This document shows positions 27,310-35,981 of a DNA stretch of 64,000 nt, in pieces. Both the position numbers and the translations under genes were made by a program. Source of the DNA: Nitrososphaerota archaeon (GTDB lineage Archaea > Thermoproteota > Nitrososphaeria > Nitrososphaerales > JACQRY01); contig JACPCU010000014.1 of assembly GCA_016184315.1 (NCBI GenBank), positions 64,724 through 128,723 of the forward strand. Direction: 5' to 3'. A model generated the notes under the pieces. It saw only the letters and a list, made by a program, of their open reading frames with translations, had not been told where the DNA came from and searched no databases. Position 1 is the stretch's first letter; every line of letters starts with the position of its first letter.

Positions 27310-28665
27310 CTAATCTAGGTTGGCTTTTGTGATGACTATCTGCTTCTTTTCCAGCCGTAAGTGTGTTGAGAAGAGCGCCCTTATGCTTGAAGCAATCTTG
27401 GGATCGTGTGCGCTCATATTGAACAAGAATAGAGCGGTTAACTTTGGGCTCGAAAAAAGTTCAACTGTATTAACTAGGAAACCATAGGTTTTCTCAGCTC
27501 CGAGGCTGATCACCAGATCGGATGTGATATCAAAAACAATGGCTGTTCCCAAATTAGACCTAGCTAGAATAACCTTGCTTACGGCATCGAATATGATTGC
27601 GTGATCGTTGTACGGCAACAAAACCTCATTGGGCGATCTGCCCTCCTTAGGGTAAGATACTGTAGGTGTCAGCGCTAGGGTCTTGATCTCCGTATGTTTG
27701 GATAATGCTTGATGTAGAGGGCTTGAGTTACGGGTAATCAGCAAAACATCGGCTGCATTCGCCTCTAATACGAAGTCACTAACTGCCTCAGAATAGGCGT
27801 CAGATGGCTCAAATTCGAAGAGCATTTTCTTGCCTGTGATCTTCGACCAATCTAGGTTCAGCCTCCTGCTAAACAGATTGGGTCTTTGCGCAGCGCCCTC
27901 TTTGCGGGAAGGCTTTTCGAAAAGTGTCTCCAGAATCGTGGTCTTCCTGAAGTAGTATGCGGTAGCCAGCCAAGGGATAGCTGAAAGGAGGCTTCCCAAC
28001 GCAGCCGTCTCAAGACCAATCAGAACCAAGTAGACCTTGAACAGGTATAATGAGACGCCGATCATTATCCAAGATAAAGGCAGAGCAAGTAGGGCCTTGG
28101 ATACAGCTCTAGAGCTGACCTGCCTGCTTTTCAACATCATAAGTCTGAACGGATAACCCACAACGAAGAACAGCGCGCCCAGAAGCACTATGGAATACCA
28201 CCGTTGATAGACGGTGTAGACAGCTACACCACCAGCGTCTTCAATGATCCCGAGTGAAAAAGGCCTTAGCAGCCACGCAGCGACTATGAGCACAAATATG
28301 TACACTCCGGAGAAGATGATAGGCACACTCACTGCTCGGTCAGTTCTAATGGCGGAGTAGAATCCTCCACTAGAATTGATAGTATTGGCTCTGCTGATAA
28401 GAATCGATGCAGCCGTAAAAGGCAGCACCGCCATCAGAACAGACGACACCGATAGAGATGTGAGAAAATGCGCGGTGTCCAACGACTGAGCAAAGTCTCT
28501 TGCAAACTCTAAGAGCAAAGTCAGCCCCAAGAACACATGTCCTGCAATCAGAAAGATCTGTACTGGTTTGAAGTAAGAACCCCTTTGCCTTATCAATAAT
28601 GCAACAGTGATTACGATGAACGGGATAGAAGCTCCATTAAGAGCAATGGAAGTGACTACGCTCAA
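27310..28665 (-). CDS. Multi-pass membrane protein with a C-terminal degenerate KaiC/RecA-like (DUF835-like) domain
   Basis: The N-terminal ~260 aa are hydrophobic. The C-terminal ~180 aa (MLFEFEPSDAYSEAV...AIVFDITSDLV...LFLFNMSAHD) follows the KaiC-fold strand pattern but has no P-loop. Confidence 0.45.
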   Translation of the reverse strand: MSVVTSIALNGASIPFIVITVALLIRQRGSYFKPVQIFLIAGHVFLGLTLLLEFARDFAQSLDTAHFLTSLSVSSVLMAVLPFTAASILISRANTINSSGGFYSAIRTDRAVSVPIIFSGVYIFVLIVAAWLLRPFSLGIIEDAGGVAVYTVYQRWYSIVLLGALFFVVGYPFRLMMLKSRQVSSRAVSKALLALPLSWIMIGVSLYLFKVYLVLIGLETAALGSLLSAIPWLATAYYFRKTTILETLFEKPSRKEGAAQRPNLFSRRLNLDWSKITGKKMLFEFEPSDAYSEAVSDFVLEANAADVLLITRNSSPLHQALSKHTEIKTLALTPTVSYPKEGRSPNEVLLPYNDHAIIFDAVSKVILARSNLGTAIVFDITSDLVISLGAEKTYGFLVNTVELFSSPKLTALFLFNMSAHDPKIASSIRALFSTHLRLEKKQIVITKANLD

Positions 28666-28757
28666 ATTCTCACGGGCTAATTATGGTCTGGCTATCTTTT
28701 TCCAAGTTTTAAGGGTAAGGGACGCTTGATATATCTTGCTCGCGGAAATCTGACTCA

Positions 28758-31115
28758 TTAAGGCGCCTGAATCCGTCTTACTAGATTGTCATATATCCTA
28801 AGTCTCTCTAGCCCAGCGTCGATTCCTTTCTCAGCTTCAGGAATCTTATTCGCTTCAAAGAACTTCTCTACCTCACTAACTTTGCCTACTCCTAGAACCG
28901 GGAGAGTCGAAAGGAAGATCCTAGACAGGGTGCCGGTGCCCTCATAGAGTCTGCGCAGCCGACTCACGTTAACCTTGATCCACGTCCAAGCAGTATCCTT
29001 GGCCTCAGGGTTCTTTGAAGCCGTCAGAATCATCGCCATCACATCCTGCTTCTTCACATCGCCGCTAAGAGCCAAGCCAAGAGACAATGCGACTAACTCC
29101 TTCTCCTTGAAGGTCGTCAACGCAGACAGAAGCCTGAGCCTCTCCTCGTCTGACCCGCTACTTCTATACTTGCTCACAATCCCCTCGAAGTCGCCTGATG
29201 ACCTAGCATAGGCAACGGCGACCGCGTCGCGCATATCAGGCTCAACTTTACCATAATCCATGAATCTTAACGCCAAATTCTCCGCGTAATTATCATCGAC
29301 CACGACAAGCCTAGCAGCCATAATGCCCCTAAGCATAGAGCTATTCCCATCATTCTTCCCTTCAAGCCTGTTGAGCTGGGAACGGTGAAACTCCGTTGAA
29401 GCCTTCTTAATGCTTCCCGATGAAAGAATGTATAGAAAGGCTAACTGATCAGACACTTCCAAAGAAGGCAGGTAATCGGACTCACCGTAATAGCGGTTCA
29501 CCAAGCCGAAATAATCCGCGAAAGACAACTTGCATGAAACGAGAAAAGCCAATGCGTCGGAGATTAACCCCCACCTATCAAACTCTGAGAGACTGCTCCT
29601 CCAGACTACGTCGTAGAGCCCATCATAACGCACCCTGTAGAACCCCGTCTGATCAACATTCAGCTTAAGCGAGTCAACGCCTCCAACATCGACAGCCTTC
29701 TGTTCCTTGTCCAAGAGAACTCTCCTCGCCTCGCCGTTCACTCTAAGAGTGACTGGGATCGGCCAAAGATCCTTCTCATATTCCCCTGAAAGAAGGAACC
29801 TTTCCTGCCTCAGGATCAGCTTCCCTTCGTCCATCGAAGCCGTGACGACTGGGTACCCGGGCTTCCGTATCCATTGATCCATAATCCAGCTTATCTGCTT
29901 CTCCGAAGCTTTCTCCAACGCCTCCCAGAAGTCCCTGCCAGCGGCGTTTGAATACCTGTATCTGTTAAGATAGTCATCGACGCCTTTTCGGAAACTGTCC
30001 GCCCCCATGTAGGCCTCGATCATACGGAGTACGCTGGCTCCTTTACCGTAGCTAATGTCGTCGAATATCTGCTCGATGTCGCTAGGCTGATTGATCTGGG
30101 CTTCAATCGGATGAGTGCTCCTCAAGGAGTCCCGGTTCATGGCGCCAGACGTGTCTCCTCTCAGAAAATCCTGCCAAGCCTTCCATTCCGGGTAAGTCGC
30201 ATCAACAAACTTGTATGCCATGAACGTGGCAAAGCTCTCGTTAAGCCAGAGATCATCCCACCACTTCATAGTCACAAGGTTCCCAAACCATTGATGGGCA
30301 AGCTCATGGGCCACCACCTCTGCAACCCTCTTCTTCGTCCTAACCGCACTATCACTATCAACTAGGAGAGCTATCTCCCGGAAGGTTACCGCACCCCAGT
30401 TCTCCATGGCTCCGGCGGCGAACTCAGGCACAGCTATCAGATGCACTTTAGGTAGCATGTAGGGTATGGCGAAATAAGACTCGTAGAACCACAGCGCCTT
30501 CTTGGCGACAGACAAGGCGAATTCTCCTTTACGGGCCTTTCCAAGAGTTGTCGCTGCAACCAGATCTACGCTTCCAAACTTATCTCTGATCTCTTCGAAT
30601 CGCCCGACCCCCAAGTAGAGAAGATAGGTAGACATTCTCGGTGTCTTTTGGAAGGAAACAGTCTTCTTCTTGCCATTGACAGTCACGTTTTCGACAGGGG
30701 TGTTGGATATCGCGTCAAGCTCTTTGTCTATTCTAACAGCCAGTTTGAAGGTAGCCTTATGGCCGGGGTGGTCTAAGCATGGAAGCATCCTCCTCGCGTT
30801 GGCTGCTTCGAACTGGGTAGAGATGATGTGGGTGTCATCATAGGGCGCCCTGTAGATTCCTACAAGAGTGTCTGAAACCGTTCCGGAGTACTCGACTGTC
30901 AGCCTGCCACTATGACCCCCGGTTTTTATGACTAGGTTCTCTTCTTCGTGCTCAAAAGGGAGGGTCTTGTCTCCGTCTCTGACCTGCAGAATGTTGAGGC
31001 CCAACGCGTTTAAGGTCAAGTCTTCTTCGGTGTCAACATCTATGACAACTTGCCCATCAAACTTCAGGCTCTTGAAGTCTAGGTCAAGGAACAGGTCGTA
31101 GCTGTTTACCTGCAA
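28758..31115 (-). CDS. M1-family aminopeptidase (aminopeptidase N / tricorn-interacting-factor-like)
   Basis: It has the GAMENWG exopeptidase motif and HELAHQWFGNLVTMKWWDDLWLNESFA (HExxH-18-E). Confidence 0.9.
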   Translation of the reverse strand: MQVNSYDLFLDLDFKSLKFDGQVVIDVDTEEDLTLNALGLNILQVRDGDKTLPFEHEEENLVIKTGGHSGRLTVEYSGTVSDTLVGIYRAPYDDTHIISTQFEAANARRMLPCLDHPGHKATFKLAVRIDKELDAISNTPVENVTVNGKKKTVSFQKTPRMSTYLLYLGVGRFEEIRDKFGSVDLVAATTLGKARKGEFALSVAKKALWFYESYFAIPYMLPKVHLIAVPEFAAGAMENWGAVTFREIALLVDSDSAVRTKKRVAEVVAHELAHQWFGNLVTMKWWDDLWLNESFATFMAYKFVDATYPEWKAWQDFLRGDTSGAMNRDSLRSTHPIEAQINQPSDIEQIFDDISYGKGASVLRMIEAYMGADSFRKGVDDYLNRYRYSNAAGRDFWEALEKASEKQISWIMDQWIRKPGYPVVTASMDEGKLILRQERFLLSGEYEKDLWPIPVTLRVNGEARRVLLDKEQKAVDVGGVDSLKLNVDQTGFYRVRYDGLYDVVWRSSLSEFDRWGLISDALAFLVSCKLSFADYFGLVNRYYGESDYLPSLEVSDQLAFLYILSSGSIKKASTEFHRSQLNRLEGKNDGNSSMLRGIMAARLVVVDDNYAENLALRFMDYGKVEPDMRDAVAVAYARSSGDFEGIVSKYRSSGSDEERLRLLSALTTFKEKELVALSLGLALSGDVKKQDVMAMILTASKNPEAKDTAWTWIKVNVSRLRRLYEGTGTLSRIFLSTLPVLGVGKVSEVEKFFEANKIPEAEKGIDAGLERLRIYDNLVRRIQAP

Positions 31116-31213
31116 GACACCGCCTCAAACCTATGTGGACATAAAAGAGTTTATCAGCGAAGTCCAGCTAGTGTACGACGGAACAGCCGGCTTTTTCGCA
31201 TACTGTTTCCCAT

Positions 31214-32224
31214 CTAGTATCCTCGCATTTCCTCGACTCCTTTGAGCAAATCAACCTCTGTCCCTAGATTTTTCTTCAAAGCCTTCTCGTAGACGTATCC
31301 GGCGACAACAACGTCTTGCACGCCTACTCCTGAGCTGTCAAAGAGAGTTATCTCTTGGTCAGTGATTCTCCCCTGCTTTTTGCCGACTACAAGTTCTCCA
31401 AGGTCGCCGTACACATCTTTCTCTGTTATTGTCCCCTTACTGATTGCGTAGAAGCATTTTCCACCTGAAACAGCATTGGGTATAGAGTCTGCAACGACTT
31501 TGCATCTTCTGAAAACGTTAGGGTCGACTTCGGTTCTTCTCCCCATGGCGCTGATATGCATACCTGCTTCGACCATCCTATCGGTGAGGACTGGTGTTGT
31601 AGAGTTGGTTCCACTTATCAGGATGTCAGCTTCTTCAACAGCTTCTTTGGAAGAACTTGTTTGCTTGACTTCTACGTTGTATTGGGTGCTGAGTTTTCGA
31701 CAGAGGTTTTCCCCTTGTTTTCTGTTTATGCTGTAGACTCTGGCTTCCCTTACGCTGCGAAATGCTTCTAGGATTGCTCTGAAAGTGAAACCTGCGGTGG
31801 TGCCGCTGCCTATCACACAGATCTTCTGAGGGTTTTTCTTGGCGAGAAACCTTGCAGCTAAGGCTCCACCAGCACCAGTTCTGAGGGCCGTTATGTATTC
31901 GCCGTCCATAAAGCAGAGAGGAAGCCCTGTCTTCGGATCGACTAGAGTGATGAATCCTACCGTTGTGGGTAGATTATGCAGCTCATTGTTCAAGTCGAAG
32001 CTGTTGCTACTTTTCACAATGGCGTATTCACCATCTTCTGTTTCAACGTAAGAGCCCATCACCTTCAGGCTCCCCTTGTACTTGTCAAGCTCAAGCCAAG
32101 AGCTAGGTATACTGATAGTCTTGCTCATGCCAAGGGCTCTGAACGCCTTTTCCTGAAGATCGATGCATTCTTTGATAGTAACTAAGATCTTGGTATCATC
32201 CATGGACAGGATCAGAGTTTTCAA
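31214..32224 (-). CDS. Ornithine cyclodeaminase/mu-crystallin-family enzyme
   Basis: 336 aa with ITALRTGAGGALAARFL and the Rossmann motif VIGSGTTAG. Confidence 0.85.
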   Translation of the reverse strand: MKTLILSMDDTKILVTIKECIDLQEKAFRALGMSKTISIPSSWLELDKYKGSLKVMGSYVETEDGEYAIVKSSNSFDLNNELHNLPTTVGFITLVDPKTGLPLCFMDGEYITALRTGAGGALAARFLAKKNPQKICVIGSGTTAGFTFRAILEAFRSVREARVYSINRKQGENLCRKLSTQYNVEVKQTSSSKEAVEEADILISGTNSTTPVLTDRMVEAGMHISAMGRRTEVDPNVFRRCKVVADSIPNAVSGGKCFYAISKGTITEKDVYGDLGELVVGKKQGRITDQEITLFDSSGVGVQDVVVAGYVYEKALKKNLGTEVDLLKGVEEMRGY

Positions 32225-32297
32225 ACTACTCCCATTCCTATTCTTGCAAGTCCATCAATCAAAGATCTTTGACAGCAGCTTTCTGTCTGCAACACTA

Positions 32298-32318
32298 GAC
32301 CCCCCCTTACAATATAAA
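32298..32318 (-). promoter_or_regulatory. Shared TATA-containing motif (copy 1), upstream of the OCD-family gene
   Basis: The plus strand reads GACCCCCCCTTACAATATAAA, so the minus strand reads TTTATATTGTAAGGGGGGGTC. The same ~20-nt sequence, with one fewer C, recurs at 63084-63103 upstream of another minus-strand gene. Confidence 0.35.
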
Positions 32319-32361
32319 GTTCAAGCTGTTTTTGGTGAGGGTAAAGTGAACAGGTCTTAAA

Positions 32362-32439
32362 TGGTGCTCCGGGCGGGATTTGAACCCGCGTCGTCGGCTC
32401 GAGAGGCCGAAATGCTTGACCGGGCTACACCACCGGAGC
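32362..32439 (-). tRNA. tRNA-Glu (anticodon CUC), CCA encoded
   Basis: The minus strand reads GCTCCGG-TG-GTGT...GCAT-T-TCGGC-CTCTCGA-GCCGA-CGAC-GCGGG-TTCAAAT-CCCGC-CCGGAGC-A-CCA. It folds into a full cloverleaf by hand. Confidence 0.85.
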
Positions 32440-32552
32440 AGAAGCATGAACAAGCGCAGAAAACCTGCGTTTTAAGGATAACGCGACTACACTGGACACC
32501 TCCCACTAAGCAGGCAGTGGCTTCCGTTGAAATTGTTTGGAGAAAACTTTGG

Positions 32553-32774
32553 CTAAGTCTTCCGCATGGACTTCACTGCTAGCTTAACGTCGGACTCCTT
32601 CACAGTCTTGCGTCCAGCGTGAGACGCGAACTCGACTGCTTCCTTCGCGATCGTCACACCAATCTCCTCCAACGCTATTCGGAGCTCTTCAGCAGCATCA
32701 TCACCAACTCTCTCCGCCCCAGCCTTCTTTATCAGCCTGTAGACCGCAGCTAACCCAAATTCGGCGTCAGGCAT
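32553..32774 (-). CDS. Archaeal histone (HMf family)
   Basis: 73 aa. [59 protein letters not shown] is the histone-fold pattern. Confidence 0.9.
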   Translation of the reverse strand: MPDAEFGLAAVYRLIKKAGAERVGDDAAEELRIALEEIGVTIAKEAVEFASHAGRKTVKESDVKLAVKSMRKT

Positions 32775-32803
32775 CTATCTTCGTTTCTAAGGCAAAGAAC
32801 GGC

Positions 32804-32812
32804 AATATTTAA
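32804..32812 (-). promoter_or_regulatory. TATA-like box for the histone gene
   Basis: The minus strand reads TTAAATATT about 30 nt upstream of the histone ATG. This fits a leaderless or short-leader transcript. Confidence 0.35.
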
Positions 32813-32884
32813 CCGTTCTAAGCTCCCAGCGGCAAGCCAAAAACCCAGAGAACACACGGAATCGCCCCGAAACACTCAAAATTG

Positions 32885-32892
32885 TTTAATAT
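32885..32892 (+). promoter_or_regulatory. TATA-like box for rps17e
   Basis: TTTAATAT lies about 28 nt upstream of the TTG start at 32917. Confidence 0.35.
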
Positions 32893-32916
32893 GACCCAAA
32901 TTCACGGCTTGGTTGC

Positions 32917-33147
32917 TTGGACCGCGTGAGAAGGATATCAACACAGCTCCTAGAGCGGCACCCCGCCCTCTTCACGGAGAACTTTCAGGAAAACAAGGTG
33001 AAACTAGACGAAGTGGCCATAATCTTGTCAAAGCAGCTCAAGAACCAGATAGCCGGCTACATCACCATTCTTGTAAAAAACCAGAAGAAGGCCCAGGACG
33101 CCCCCGAAACATCTGAAGAAATGGTCCCATCTCCAGAAGCGGCCTAG
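32917..33147 (+). CDS. rps17e: 30S ribosomal protein S17e
   Basis: 76 aa with VRRISTQLLERHPALFTENFQENKVKLDEV...KQLKNQIAGYIT, matching the S17e pattern. Confidence 0.85.
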   Translation: MDRVRRISTQLLERHPALFTENFQENKVKLDEVAIILSKQLKNQIAGYITILVKNQKKAQDAPETSEEMVPSPEAA

Positions 33148-33193
33148 GCTCTCCGAGCCCGCGAGAACAGGCTGGTGCGGTGAAAGCGGTTCG

Positions 33194-33442
33194 ATCAACG
33201 TAAAGCTCCTCGGCTACCTTAAAACACTAGTAAAGAAAGGTGAGTTATTCTTAGACAGAGACAGCATGACTGTGGCGGAGATCATAAGGCACATCCAAAA
33301 GGAATCTCCCCGTCAAGAGGTATCAGCTAGCAGCCTTCTGGTGGCGGTAAACGGGGCAGAGATCTCAACGCTAAACGGGCTTGAAACCGTCATCTCAAAC
33401 GGCGACACCGTTACTATTATCCCTGTGGTGCACGGCGGTTAA
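33194..33442 (+). CDS. Ubiquitin-like MoaD/ThiS/SAMP-type small protein ending in Gly-Gly
   Basis: The frame ends ...NGDTVTIIPVVHGG*. The N-terminal strand (I)NVKLLGYLKTLV is typical of the fold. There is no ATG/GTG/TTG upstream of this strand, so the nearest candidate start is ATC at 33194. The first ATG (33266) would remove the first strand. Confidence 0.5.
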   Translation: MNVKLLGYLKTLVKKGELFLDRDSMTVAEIIRHIQKESPRQEVSASSLLVAVNGAEISTLNGLETVISNGDTVTIIPVVHGG

Positions 33443-33484
33443 GACATTGACTAGTGGACAGACTTGCACAGGTGAAAACCCTGA

Positions 33485-34045
33485 TTGATCGAGGAAACCT
33501 CTGAGCCAAACTCGGTGCGGTTGGAAGGAGAGGTGTACGCAGGGTGGATCGGGTTGAAGAACGTCGCTATCACGGATGGCAGGGAGTGGATGAGTCGTCT
33601 ACGGGGTCTTAACTCCAAAGTTATGACTCAAGCGTGTGACGCAAGGTTCGTAGCAGGGTCCAAGCATTTAGAGATCCTTGCAAGGCAAACATTTGAAGCA
33701 AATACACGGTCTCAGCTCTATGCTGAAAGGTTTGAAGTGGATTTCCTGATGAGGACCGCCTGCGAAAAACAGATCAAGAATGCTCTCTCTAAAGCTGGGT
33801 TAAGTAGCACTGTAAGAGACGTGGCGGTCACCGGGTTTGGAAGCAAAGGTGATCTGCAATCTTTCTTCAAGACGGTTTCAACATTGTGGAAAAGAGATGA
33901 CAGTGTGCTTGGATTGACCGAGTCGAAGAAAAAATTCCTATCTCGACACCACAAGATCGTCAAAGACACACTAAAACTTGGTGTACGCGATTTATTTCCG
34001 CGCTTACTTTCTGAGCGAGCAGCGCTACTGCAAGTCAAAGGCTAA
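33485..34045 (+). CDS. cgi121: KEOPS subunit Cgi121-like protein
   Basis: 186 aa with ARFVAGSKHLEILARQTFEANTRSQLYAERFEVDFLMRTACEKQIKNALSKAGL, resembling the Cgi121 core. It is convergent with Sua5. Confidence 0.5.
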   Translation: MIEETSEPNSVRLEGEVYAGWIGLKNVAITDGREWMSRLRGLNSKVMTQACDARFVAGSKHLEILARQTFEANTRSQLYAERFEVDFLMRTACEKQIKNALSKAGLSSTVRDVAVTGFGSKGDLQSFFKTVSTLWKRDDSVLGLTESKKKFLSRHHKIVKDTLKLGVRDLFPRLLSERAALLQVKG

Positions 34046-34646
34046 GCCCAAGGACCTGCTCCAGCCTCCAAAACCCTTGCCTAAGCAGCTTCACTTCCCC
34101 TTCGGCGACTCGGATCACAGTAGACTCTTTACCCAGCAGCGTCCTACCTCCATCAAGACCGATATCTACACTATCTGCAAGGTCTTTGTTCACCTCCCTC
34201 AAAACTCTTGCTGCCGGTTCGCCAGATTTGTTGGCACTCGTACCCACCAAGTAGCCCCCAGATGAGTCAAGAAGCCTGAGAGTGCATCCGAAGTTGGGCA
34301 CCCTAACACCTAAGCTAGTTGCGCCGGCAGTAACTTCTTTGGGGATTTTGAAGTCTCTTAGAGGTGCTACAATTGTAAGCGGACCGGGCCAGAATCGTTT
34401 TGCTATGCGCTCAGCTAACTCGTCTAAGATAACTAGTTTGGATGCTGCTTCCATGCTTGAGCAGAGGATGGGAAGCGGCTTCAGGTCTCTCTCCTTGGCT
34501 TCGATGATCTTTGAGATTGTCTTAGAGTTGAATGGGTCGCAGCCTACTCCGTAAACCGTGTCCGTCGGGTAGATTAATAGTCCTCCGCCCTTAGCTACTG
34601 AGGTTGCTTCTTCCAAGCCCTCTGGGTTACACTTGACTGTCCGCAT
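34035..34646 (-). CDS. sua5: L-threonylcarbamoyladenylate synthase (Sua5/YrdC/TsaC family)
   Basis: 203 aa with GGLLIYPTDTVYGVGCDPFN, FWPGPLT and GTSANKSGEP. Confidence 0.9.
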   Translation of the reverse strand: MRTVKCNPEGLEEATSVAKGGGLLIYPTDTVYGVGCDPFNSKTISKIIEAKERDLKPLPILCSSMEAASKLVILDELAERIAKRFWPGPLTIVAPLRDFKIPKEVTAGATSLGVRVPNFGCTLRLLDSSGGYLVGTSANKSGEPAARVLREVNKDLADSVDIGLDGGRTLLGKESTVIRVAEGEVKLLRQGFWRLEQVLGLSL

Positions 34647-34679
34647 CGCTGTGAGGAGGTGCGCAGCGAAAACTTATTA

Positions 34680-34796
34680 ATGCTTAGGGTGCCGTCTGCC
34701 GCCGAAAGGTGGCAAAGGCTCTTGTCAGGGGAAGAGGACTTCGAGGAAGACTTCGATGAAGAAGGCTGGGAAGAGGACTTCGAGGACGAAGAGTAG
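34680..34796 (+). CDS. Possible 38-aa acidic micro-protein
   Basis: MLRVPSAAERWQRLLSGEEDFEEDFDEEGWEEDFEDEE*. It contains a 19-nt direct repeat (34729-34747 and 34768-34786). Coding status is unproven. Confidence 0.25.
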   Translation: MLRVPSAAERWQRLLSGEEDFEEDFDEEGWEEDFEDEE

Positions 34797-34853
34797 CCTA
34801 CCCAACAGCTTTATTTTCTTGTCCAACCTTGGCTCGTACCAAGGTCTTTAGGT

Positions 34854-35963
34854 ATGCGTATCACCTTTTCAGTCATAAAGGCAGACGTAGGCAGCCTCGT
34901 TGGGCATCATACTGTTCACCCACAGCAGCTAGAGGTAGCTAGGTCATCTCTCTCCAAAGCTAAGAACGAGGGACTCCTTACAGACTTCCATGTCACAGCA
35001 GTAGGAGATGACATCCAGCTCATCATGACTCATCAGAAAGGCATCAACAGTACGCAGATCCATCAGTTAGCCTGGGATACATTCATGGAGATCACAGAGA
35101 AGGTCTCCAGAAAACTCAAGCTCTATGCTGCGGGACAAGACCTAGTAGCCACAGCGTTCTCAGGGAACATGAAGGGTTTGGGCCCAGGGATCGCGGAAGC
35201 GGAGTTTGAAGAGCGGACCAGTGAGCCCATAGTGGTCTTCATGGCTGACAAAACTGAGCCCGGTGCTTGGAATCTGCCTCTCTACAAAATCTTCGCCGAT
35301 CCCTTCAGCACGCCAGGACTGGTGATTGATGAAACCCTCCACTCGGGTTGCACATTCAGGGTGATGGATGTTATGGAAGACAAATTCGTAGACATAGACA
35401 CCCCTGACGAGGTCTATGATCTTCTTGCTCTCATAGGCACTCCAGGAAGATACATTGTTCACTCAGTCTACAGGCGGACGGACGGTCTCTTTGCAGCCGC
35501 TGCCAGCACTGCTCGCCTCGCCTTGATCGCAGGGAAATATGTAGGCAAAGACGATCCGGTGATGTTTGTCCGCTGCCAGCACGGCTTACCCGCAGTGGGC
35601 GAAGCTCTTGAGCCCTTCGCTTTCCCCCACCTAGTTGCCGGCTGGATGAGAGGTTCACACCACGGGCCTCTTATGCCGGTATCCATCAAAGATGCTAGGT
35701 GCACAAGGTTCGACGGCCCTCCAAGAGTTGCAGCGCTAGGATTCCAGTTATGCGAAGGCAAGCTAATCGGGCCATCTGACATGTTCGATGATCCTGCCTT
35801 CGACAAGGCGAGAGCCACAGCTAATGAGATTACTGACTATATGCGGAGACATGGTCCTTTCATGCCTCACCGCCTCGGCCCCGAGGAGATGGAGTACACC
35901 ACATTGGTTTCAGTGTTGAAGAAGCTTGAGGGGAAATTGAAGCCGGCCTCAGAGCTACAGTAG
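34854..35963 (+). CDS. fbp: Fructose-1,6-bisphosphate aldolase/phosphatase (class V FBPase)
   Basis: 369 aa starting MRITFSVIKADVGSLVGHHTVHPQ, with the highly conserved archaeal Fbp sequence throughout. Confidence 0.95.
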   Translation: MRITFSVIKADVGSLVGHHTVHPQQLEVARSSLSKAKNEGLLTDFHVTAVGDDIQLIMTHQKGINSTQIHQLAWDTFMEITEKVSRKLKLYAAGQDLVATAFSGNMKGLGPGIAEAEFEERTSEPIVVFMADKTEPGAWNLPLYKIFADPFSTPGLVIDETLHSGCTFRVMDVMEDKFVDIDTPDEVYDLLALIGTPGRYIVHSVYRRTDGLFAAAASTARLALIAGKYVGKDDPVMFVRCQHGLPAVGEALEPFAFPHLVAGWMRGSHHGPLMPVSIKDARCTRFDGPPRVAALGFQLCEGKLIGPSDMFDDPAFDKARATANEITDYMRRHGPFMPHRLGPEEMEYTTLVSVLKKLEGKLKPASELQ

Positions 35964-35981
35964 GCAGAGCCCGCGAAAGCT

